Of a stretch of 64,000 nucleotides of DNA, positions 47,838 through 55,812 are shown in pieces; position 1 is the first letter of the stretch, and every line of letters starts with the position of its first letter. The position numbers were made by a program, and so were the translations under genes. Source of the DNA: an uncultured Spirochaetota bacterium (GTDB lineage: Bacteria > Spirochaetota > Spirochaetia > SZUA-6 > Fen-1364); contig CAVUXE010000062.1 in the NCBI GenBank assembly GCA_963745235.1, forward strand, positions 1 to 64,000. Reading direction: 5' to 3'. Below the pieces are notes generated by a model, which saw only the letters and a program-made list of their open reading frames with translations, had not been told where the DNA came from and did not search any database.

Positions 47838-50283
47838 GAAAATGGATCCCAGGGAACTTGCCCACGTGGGCAAGGGCGAGCGGCGTCTGGAAGCCATCGC
47901 GAAGGTGACGGGGGACGCCGTGTTCACGAGCGACATGGCCTTCCCCGGAATGCTCTCCGCCCAGGTGAAGAAGAGCCCTCACGCCCGCGCACGAATCCTG
48001 AAAATCGACGTCTCGAAGGCGGAGGCCCTGCCGGGCGTTCGCGCGGTCCTCGTGGGCGCCGAGCTCAACTACAAGCTGGGGTTGTACGTCGTGGACAAGG
48101 ACATCCTCGCCAAGAACGAAGTCCGCCACTACGGCGAGGCAGTCGCCGGGGTCGCCGCTGACACCCCCGAGATTGCGCGCGCGGCGGTTGACCTCATCCA
48201 GGTGGACTACGAGCCTCTCCCGCCCGTGCTCAACCACATGGATGCTCTCAAGCCCGACGCTCCTCTCGTGCATCCCGATCTCGGGACGTATGACTACGTT
48301 CCCGTCTTCAGCCCCCAGCCGCACACCAATATCCCCAACCTCTCCCGTACCCGCAAGGGAGACGTGGAAAAGGGCTTCGCCGAATCCGAGTGGATCATTG
48401 AGCGCGAATACACCAATCCCTCGGTTCAGCATGTGCCAATGGAAACCCACGTCGCCATTGTCGAGTGGAACAACGGAGACGAGATCACGATCTGGACGAG
48501 CGCGCAGTCGCCGTTCACCGTGCGCAACCTCTTCTGCTACACTTTCAAGCTCCCGCTCAACAAGGTCCGGGTGATCGTCCCCCACGTCGGCGGTGGTTTC
48601 GGCGGCAAGGCGGGCATTCACCTCGAGCCGCTGGCCGCCTGCCTCTCGCGGAAAGCCGGCGGCATGCCGGTCAAGCTGCAGGCCTCGCGCGAGGAGGAGT
48701 TCAGCCTCCTCCCCTGCAGGAGCGCCCTGACGTACAGGATCAAGACCGGCGTGCGCGCGGACGGAAAGATTCTTGCCCAGCACCTCACCCTGTATTGGGA
48801 CGCGGGCGCGTATGCAGACTACGCGGTCAACGTCACGCGCGCCTCCGCGTACTCGGGCGCCGGGCCCTACGAGGTGCCGAACGTCTGGCTGGATGCCTAC
48901 ACGATCTACACGAACAAGCCCTACGGGACGGCCTATCGCGGGTTCGGGCACGTGGAGTTCTTCTGGGGACTCGAGCGCCACATGGAGCTCATTGCGGTGG
49001 CCATCGGAATGGACCCGCTGGAGTTCAGAAAGAAGAACCTGCTCAAACCCGGATCGGTCACCATCACCGGCGAGCTCATCACGGAGCACACGGGGAGCCC
49101 GACAAAGTGCCTGGATGCCGTGGCGAAGTCAATCAATTACGGTTCGCTGACCAGGGAAGAGTCCGCGCGGGAAAAGCGAACCGGGCGCAAGATCGGCAAA
49201 GGCATCGCCACCCTTCACAAGGCGCCGGCAATGCCCTCGTTTACTGCCACTGCTGCCGTGGTCAAGATGAACTCCGACGGCTCCGTCATCGTCAACGTCG
49301 GCCTCACGGAGATCGGCCAGGGTTCAGCCACCGCGGTGGCACAGATCGCCGCGGAGCGGCTGCGCTTTCCCATGGCGAAGGTGAAGGTCGCGATTGAGAA
49401 GGACACCGACAAGGAGCCCTACGACTGGCAGACCGTCGCTTCCAAGGGGATCATCCTCACGGGCAACGCGACCATCCTGGCCTGCGACGACATGCTGAGG
49501 CAGGCGTATGACGTTGCCGCGCAGGTCCTTCGCGCACAGCCCATGGACCTCGACCACGACGATGAAAGGATTTTCATCAAGCACCATCCCCAGAGCTCGG
49601 TCAGCTTCGCCGCGATATCCGTGGGCTACGCCTACCCGAACGGCAACGCAATTGGCGGCCCCCTCATCGGTGTCGGGCGCTACATGGCGCAGGGCCTCAC
49701 GAACCTGGACAAGGAGACCGGGCAGGGACTTCCCGCCCTGGACTGGACCTACGGCGCCCACGGAGTGATCGTGGAAGTCGACCCCGACACGGGCGAGTAC
49801 AAGGTGATCAAGGTTGCGTCGGCTTTCGATGTCGGGCGGGTCATCAATCCCGATATCGTGCGCGGGCAGGCTATCGGCGGCATGATCCAGGGGCTGGGAA
49901 CTGCGACCTGCGAGGGCTACATCTACGACGAGGCCGGGCACCTGCTCAACCCCTCGTTTACGGACAACAAGATCCCCACGGCCAAGGACCTGCCGGAGGA
50001 GATCGAGAGCATCGCGGTGGAGGTCGCGCAGCTGGACGGCCCCTTCGGCGCGCGGGGCGTCGGAGAGCACCCGATGATCTCGGTGGCGCCGGCTCTCGGC
50101 AACGCCATTCAGCAGGCGGTTGGTGCGCTGCTTCTCCATATGCCCATCCGCTTCGAGGACGTGTGGAGGGCGCTTCGCAAGAAAGAGCCGATCGACAACT
50201 GGATCACGAAGACGCCGACGGGCTCCTGCCGTTCCGACGCCGCGGCACGGCTTCATTCGCCGGACCACGCGGCGGCGCCCTGA
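47830..50283 (+). CDS. molybdenum hydroxylase, molybdopterin-binding subunit
   Basis: KVTG, GGGFGGK, AYRGFG, IGQG, GQ..GG..QGLG and the catalytic GVGE. Confidence 0.96.
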   Translation: MLKKMDPRELAHVGKGERRLEAIAKVTGDAVFTSDMAFPGMLSAQVKKSPHARARILKIDVSKAEALPGVRAVLVGAELNYKLGLYVVDKDILAKNEVRHYGEAVAGVAADTPEIARAAVDLIQVDYEPLPPVLNHMDALKPDAPLVHPDLGTYDYVPVFSPQPHTNIPNLSRTRKGDVEKGFAESEWIIEREYTNPSVQHVPMETHVAIVEWNNGDEITIWTSAQSPFTVRNLFCYTFKLPLNKVRVIVPHVGGGFGGKAGIHLEPLAACLSRKAGGMPVKLQASREEEFSLLPCRSALTYRIKTGVRADGKILAQHLTLYWDAGAYADYAVNVTRASAYSGAGPYEVPNVWLDAYTIYTNKPYGTAYRGFGHVEFFWGLERHMELIAVAIGMDPLEFRKKNLLKPGSVTITGELITEHTGSPTKCLDAVAKSINYGSLTREESAREKRTGRKIGKGIATLHKAPAMPSFTATAAVVKMNSDGSVIVNVGLTEIGQGSATAVAQIAAERLRFPMAKVKVAIEKDTDKEPYDWQTVASKGIILTGNATILACDDMLRQAYDVAAQVLRAQPMDLDHDDERIFIKHHPQSSVSFAAISVGYAYPNGNAIGGPLIGVGRYMAQGLTNLDKETGQGLPALDWTYGAHGVIVEVDPDTGEYKVIKVASAFDVGRVINPDIVRGQAIGGMIQGLGTATCEGYIYDEAGHLLNPSFTDNKIPTAKDLPEEIESIAVEVAQLDGPFGARGVGEHPMISVAPALGNAIQQAVGALLLHMPIRFEDVWRALRKKEPIDNWITKTPTGSCRSDAAARLHSPDHAAAP

Positions 50284-50302
50284 CGCCGAAGGGGAGTGGA
50301 AG

Positions 50303-50978
50303 GTGGAGCACACAACGGGCTGCGACTGCATCGTGCTTGCCGCCGGCGCCTCCCGGCGCATGGGACGGTGCAAGCTCTACCTTCCCTTCGGGACAGGGAC
50401 CCTCATCGAGACGACAGTCGGCAATGCGCGCTCGGCAGGGCTGCGCGTGATTGTGGTGACGCGCAAGGAAGATGAGCGCATATCCGCCCTGCTTGGCGCC
50501 GAGGTCACGGTGGTCCGCAACTCCAACCCTGAGCGGGGCATGGCGTCGTCCCTCAGGGAAGGAGCGCGGCAGGTAACCGCGGAGCGCTTCTTCTTCATCC
50601 CCGCGGACATGCCCTTTGTTGGCGGGGATGTCTACCTCATGTTGGCGGCCATCAACTCGGCGGGGCCGGTGATTCCCACAGCGGACGGCAGGCGAGGCCA
50701 TCCGGTCCCTCATGCCCTCCACTCTCATTCCCGCAATCATGGATCTCCCGGATGATGTGCCCCTCAAGGAGTTGATCTCCGCAAGCGGACCGATGTTGGT
50801 CGACGTGGCAGACACATCGATCCTGCGAGACATCGACACGTCGGAGGAGTATGAAGTCGCAACCGGCGGGGTCCTTCCCGCGGCCACGGAAGGCCCCTTC
50901 GCCGGGCGCGCGGCACGAACGGAAATTCAGCGCAGCTTCATGTTCGCACCCAATACTGCTCATGGAGGTAAAGCATGA
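50303..50978 (+). CDS. MocA-like molybdenum cofactor cytidylyltransferase, frameshift near 50710
   Basis: VLAAGASRRMG, GMASSL, PADMP, RRGHPV; DIDT..EY in the next frame. Confidence 0.88.
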
Positions 50979-51166
50979 TTTCATCGATCCAGAGCAGTGC
51001 GGGCTGGCTTCCAGCGAGCCACGCTTCGCAGGTCCCTTCCCCGGAGGTTCGGGGCGAAGTGGAAAACGACGGCGACGGTGATGATGTCTCCGGCTCCCTG
51101 AAAGCCACGGCGGCTTCCCGGAGTCTCCCCGCGTACATGGGGAACAAGATCAACACGCTGGCGTAG
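50975..51166 (+). CDS. small hypothetical protein (63 aa)
   Basis: RBS GGAGGT, an ENDGDGDD motif and an LPAYMGNKINTLA tail reminiscent of YjfB-like small proteins. Confidence 0.55.
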   Translation: MISSIQSSAGWLPASHASQVPSPEVRGEVENDGDGDDVSGSLKATAASRSLPAYMGNKINTLA

Positions 51167-51253
51167 GTGATCCGCTCTCTGGCCGGGCCGTGACGCAGAG
51201 GGGGTCAGTTCTCCCTCGTGCGCGCGGCTCGGCGTTTCAAGAATGCGCTTTTT

Positions 51254-51899
51254 TCAGGAGCCGCGCTTTTCTTTTTCCGCGTATCCGACGGTCTGACCAA
51301 AGAGAACGCGCTGGCTCCTCGTGAGGTTGAGCCGGGACGACAGCTCAGCCTTGTTGCAATTGTGAAACCAGGCCGCCAGGCCTTGTGAGGCGGCATACAG
51401 GTAGACATTCCCGGGCAATCAGGCCCGCGTCCACAAAGGAGTAGGCCTTCTGAGTCTCGGGGTCCTCGAGACCCGGCTCCTGGAATGGCGCCTTTCTCAG
51501 CCTGTCGATGTCCACAACGTAGATGAGACGCACCGGGGCCCGCGCTCCCGCCTTTCCCTGACCTCTTCCAATGGCCAGCTCCCGAAGGTCTCCGGCCACG
51601 ACGGGCGTGAGGCAATGGGGGACGGGCTCGTAGCGATAGATACCCTCGGCCAGGGCAACATACAGATCTATTTCCCGGGAGTTGCTGGCTGACGCCGCGG
51701 TGCTTCCGGGGATTCCGAACGGCCCTTTCCTGCGGTTTATCCCGCACGCCGACCACAGCAGGTTCGACAGCGTTTGCAGGGAAAGCTTCCTCTCGCCGAT
51801 GGAGCGGTCTGTTCTTCTCCTGACCAGGGCCGCGTGGACTGGCGTCCCCCGACCGGGCGTTGGTTTCGGAAGAGCGATCTGGCGCATCAGATCAGCCAC
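51254..51899 (-). CDS. SagB/ThcOx-like nitroreductase-family protein, frameshift near 51412
   Basis: IALPKP, LSNLLWSACGINR, TAASASNSREIDLYV. The shifted frame reads GNVYLYAASQGL...GQTVGY. Confidence 0.85.
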
Positions 51900-51900
51900 C

Positions 51901-52068
51901 CTACCTGGCAGCCGCCTTCAGCTTTTTCAGCGCAGCCTCTCCGTAGTACTTGCAGACTCCCTTGACCGAGTCTTCCTTGACCTTGAGCTCATCGATGAGC
52001 TTCTTGACCTTGCCCGCGGAAATCCCCAGTGCCTCGGCAAGCTTCCCCGTCGTGTAGAGTTGTCCCAT
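51901..52068 (-). CDS. small basic HTH-like protein (55 aa)
   Basis: RBS TGGAGG; MGQLYTTGKLAEALGISAGKVKKLI resembles an HTH. Confidence 0.6.
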   Translation of the reverse strand: MGQLYTTGKLAEALGISAGKVKKLIDELKVKEDSVKGVCKYYGEAALKKLKAAAR

Positions 52069-52138
52069 GAGCTTCCTCCACTGCGATTGTGCGATGTTCT
52101 CAGAGTCTACGCCATTCTGCCCGGCAGCGCAATGAGCG

Positions 52139-53629
52139 GGGTGCAAATTCCGGCTGTTGGTAGTTTTGGGGCTAGAAAGGTCCCTCCCAGCGCGTGGTAA
52201 ACTACCACTGGCAAAAATCTCGAAGCTGGGAGGGAAAGGACAATGGATTCTCTGGTAACGCAAATCCTTGAAAACTTCAAGGCAGCATATGGGCTGAAGA
52301 TCACCGACAGCAGCGACATGTTTCTGACCGAGAAGAACCTTCTGGAGTTCCTCATGAGACTGGGACGCGCAACCATGGGCGCCGTCTTCGAGCAGTTGGA
52401 CACGGGCTATGAGGGAGCCGTCATTCGCAAAGACGCTCGGAAGTACAAGTTCGTAGGCTACCGCAGGACCAGTCTTCACGGACTATTCGGGATGGTCGAA
52501 TACCGGCGAGCCTACTACTTCAGTAAGCAAGAAGGCGGTGGGGGATACTTTCCCCAGGATGAGAAACTGGGAATCCAGATGCGACACACTCCCCGGCTGC
52601 CAGTACTTTCTCTCCTCCTTTACAGGGCGGGAGGCCTATCAAAAGAGCCTGGATCGGTTTCACGAGATCTTTCGCCCTGATGCAACGGAGCTGATCTCCT
52701 TGAGGAAGTCCTTGGACATGGACGCAGAGTTGGGCGAGCGTCTGGAGGGGCTGCGACAAGAGGAGATCGCGCAGGTCTTCGACAAGAGGCAGCTCATAGC
52801 CAAAGAGAATGTGATCAAGGAGCGGATGGCAGTGTCGGTGGATGCCACGAAGCTTCGCCAGCGAGGAGAGGAAGAGCGAAGTGTTGATGGCAAAAGAACT
52901 TGCCCGACCGTGTGGCGCGATGTGAAGGTGGGGGCGGTCTCCTCGATTGGCTGGGACGAAAAGCAGCAGGAGGCGTTTTGCACAGCCAGCAGCTACGTCA
53001 GCGGCATCGAACACGCCGATGAGTTCTTCAAGCGCTTGACGGTGGAGGTGCAACGCCGAGCGGAGGATGTGAAAAAGACGCGGCTGGTGTTCCTGGCTGA
53101 TGGGGCGAAGTGGATCTGGGATCGTTTCGTTGAGCTTGCTCCGCCCAACAGCACCTTCATTCTGGATTTCTATCACGCCTGCGAGCACGTCTCGGAGCTG
53201 TGCAAGAAACTCTATGGCGAACAGACTCCCGAGTACTGGAAACATTTCAAAGCTTGGAAAACCACCCTCTGGGAAGGAAAAGTCGAGACGTTCCTCCAAG
53301 AATTGCATGTGATTCGTGACATGGTTGAGCACAGGGACTACCGCGACCTCATCCAAGGGCAGATCGACTATTTCACCGACAACAAAGAAAGGATGCAGTA
53401 TGACGTCTACCGTGGTGCCCGCCTTCCCATTGGCAGCGGCACCATCGAGAGTGCCTGTAAGAACGTCATCGCGGGCCGAATGAAGCAGGGAGGCATGACG
53501 TGGTCGGAGACAGGGGCAGACGGGATGCTGCAGATCCGCAGCTCCATTGCAAGCGGCCGCCATCTGCAGGATTTCCTGGCCACGCTGGACCGGGCAGCGT
53601 AAATCTACCTACTTATTGAAATCGCTCCC
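52139..53629 (+). mobile_element. ISKra4-family insertion sequence (~1491 bp) with a 9-bp target site duplication
   Basis: CAATGAGCG flanks both sides (52130-52138 and 53630-53638). Imperfect terminal IRs read GGGTGCAAATTC.....GTTGGTAG / GGGAGCGATTTC.....GTAGGTAG. Confidence 0.88.
52243..53602 (+). CDS. ISKra4/UPF0236-type DDE transposase, frameshift near 52592
   Basis: SVDA, ADGAKWIW, LDFYHACEH, LPIGSGTIESACKNVIAGRMKQGGMTWS. Confidence 0.92.
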
Positions 53630-53655
53630 CAATGAGCGAGCCGGGCATGGTCGGC

Positions 53656-55308
53656 TCATATGACCGCCCGGGCCGCCGCCCTGCCGGCGGCCCGGCCTGA
53701 AAAGAGGCAGCCTCCGAGAAAAGTGCCCTCCAAAGCCCGGTACCCGTGCATTCCGCCGCCTCCGAACCCCGCAACTTCTCCGGCGGCGTACAGGCCGGCA
53801 ATGGGCTCTCCATTCCCGCCGAGAACTCGGGATTCAAGGTCGGTCTCCACCCCGCCCAGCGTCTTTCGGGTCACGATTCGAAGGCGTACGGCGATCAAGG
53901 GGCCTGCATCAACGTCGAGAATGCGGTGGGGCCGCGCCACGCGGACGAGCCTGTCCCCCAGGTATGCCCGGGCTCCCCGGATAGCGGTCACCTGGGCGTC
54001 CTTGCAGAAGCGGTTCCCGATCTCCCGATCCCTGGCCCTCATCTCCTGCTCGACAGCCTTGAGATCGATGAGATCTGCCCCTCCAAGCCTGTTCATGCCT
54101 CTGACAAGGTCCGCCAGGATCGGGCTGACGACGAAATCCTCTCCCTTTTCCTTGAATGCCTCGACGGGAGGGGCGGCCATCCGTCCGCGCCGAGAGCGCA
54201 TGACCCGCAGCAGGCTGTGGGACGCGAGGTCGGGATTCTGCTCCGAGCCGGAAAGCGCGAGCTCCTTTCTCATGATTCGCTGGTTGAGGATGAACCAGGA
54301 GTGGTCGTGGCCGCCTGCGGTGATGTACCGCACCGCCCCCATGCTGTCGAAGCCCGGAAAAAGGGGAGGGGGCAGCCGCCGGCCCGTTGCGTCCAGCCAG
54401 AGCGGCGACGGTCCTGAGAGAATACGGATCCCGTGGCGGCTCCAGACCGGCGTGTGGTTCTGGATCCCTTCAGGGTAGTGCCACATCCTGTCCAGGTTGA
54501 TGAGATGGCCGCCGGATTGCCGCAGGACTCGGAACATGCTCCCGTCCACGGAATCCGGTACTCCCTGGAGCATGCTGCGCGGCGGCTCTCCCAGAGCTTT
54601 CGGCCACTGTTGCCTCACCAGGTCGTGATTGCCGCCCATTCCTCCCGATGTGACAATGACCGCCTGAGCTCGATACTCGAATGGCCGAAGCGGCGACGAG
54701 GAGCTCTTCTGCCCACGGGCAGCAGGGCTGGGCTCAAGGACGTCACCGTACACGCCATCCACCGCGGAGCCGGATGTGCGGATGCCCGTGACCCGGTGCC
54801 GGAAGCGGAATGTGAGAAGCCCGGCCTCGTGAGCCTCCCGGGCTCTTCGCAGGAACGGCGCAAGAACGCCGGGACCCGTTCCCCAGGCAATATGGAATCT
54901 GGGAACTGAGTTGCCGTGACCCGTTGCAAGGGATCCGCCGCGTTCCGCCCAGCCTACGACGGGAAAGATGCGGATGCCCAGGGAACGAAGCCACCCCCTT
55001 TTCTCCCCGGCTGCAAAGGCCACGTACGCCTGGGCCCAGCGCAAGGGCCAGACATCCTGCGGCCTGTCGAAACCGGCGCTCCCAAGCCAGTCCTGAAGGG
55101 CAAGGTCAAAAGAGTCCCGAATGCCCAGCCGTCGCTGTTCGGGTGAGTCCACGAAAAACAGACCCCCGAAGGACCAGAAGGCCTGTCCGCCCAGCGAGGC
55201 TTCCGGCTCCTGATCCAGAATGATCACTTTGCGTCCGGCGGCTGCCAGCTCCCCGGCGGCCACGAGGCCGGCCAGGCCGGCCCCCACAATGACAACGTCG
55301 GCATCCAC
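53656..55308 (-). CDS. FAD-binding dehydrogenase (KsdD/SDH-like flavoprotein family)
   Basis: GAGLAG, GGQAFWSFGG, GNSVPRFH, RKTLGG, ALEGTFLGGCLFSGR. Confidence 0.92.
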   Translation of the reverse strand: MDADVVIVGAGLAGLVAAGELAAAGRKVIILDQEPEASLGGQAFWSFGGLFFVDSPEQRRLGIRDSFDLALQDWLGSAGFDRPQDVWPLRWAQAYVAFAAGEKRGWLRSLGIRIFPVVGWAERGGSLATGHGNSVPRFHIAWGTGPGVLAPFLRRAREAHEAGLLTFRFRHRVTGIRTSGSAVDGVYGDVLEPSPAARGQKSSSSPLRPFEYRAQAVIVTSGGMGGNHDLVRQQWPKALGEPPRSMLQGVPDSVDGSMFRVLRQSGGHLINLDRMWHYPEGIQNHTPVWSRHGIRILSGPSPLWLDATGRRLPPPLFPGFDSMGAVRYITAGGHDHSWFILNQRIMRKELALSGSEQNPDLASHSLLRVMRSRRGRMAAPPVEAFKEKGEDFVVSPILADLVRGMNRLGGADLIDLKAVEQEMRARDREIGNRFCKDAQVTAIRGARAYLGDRLVRVARPHRILDVDAGPLIAVRLRIVTRKTLGGVETDLESRVLGGNGEPIAGLYAAGEVAGFGGGGMHGYRALEGTFLGGCLFSGRAAGRAAARAVI

Positions 55309-55395
55309 AGTGAGCGGTATTGTATCACGAGGGGGAGCGCCGGGAGCGCCAGGCACGCTTGCGCCCTGATTCCCGCCCGACTAAACTGGTTGATC

Positions 55396-55779
55396 ATGAC
55401 GGAGACCTTCAAGAAGCTCAATTACAAGGCGCAGAAGCCGATTCTCGTTTTCAATGCGCCTGCCTCATTCGCCGGTGAGATCGGTGCCATGCGTGAGGCT
55501 GAGGTCCACACGACGCCGAAGAAGGGCCTCACCTACGGCTTCGCGCTTGCCTTCGCGGTGATGAAAAAGGACCTCGTGAAGGCCGCGAAGGACCTGAAGC
55601 CGTTCGTTGAAGCCGAGACGGTGCTCTGGTTTGCATACCCCAAACAGACGTCCCGGGCTTTCGCGAGCGATCTGAACCGTGATTCGTGCTGGGCTGCCCT
55701 CGCTCTTTTCGGCCTTCAGCCCGTGCGGCAGATCGCAATAGATGAGGATTGGAGCGCCTTGCGGTTCAAGCGGGCCTAG
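55396..55779 (+). CDS. conserved hypothetical protein (DUF3052-like)
   Basis: KKL, NAP, LWFAYPK, DLNRD and AIDEDWSALRF motifs. Confidence 0.8.
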   Translation: MTETFKKLNYKAQKPILVFNAPASFAGEIGAMREAEVHTTPKKGLTYGFALAFAVMKKDLVKAAKDLKPFVEAETVLWFAYPKQTSRAFASDLNRDSCWAALALFGLQPVRQIAIDEDWSALRFKRA

Positions 55780-55812
55780 TGCATGAAGGCGAAAGCGAGC
55801 CTCTGCAGGAGG

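Noticed and set aside
47830-50283. Aerobic CO dehydrogenase (CoxL)
   Set aside because: The active-site loop is AYRGFG, not AYxCSFR.
52580-52600. Programmed frameshift in the transposase
   Set aside because: No A-rich slippery heptamer is present. An extra C in a C-run matches the window-wide indel pattern.
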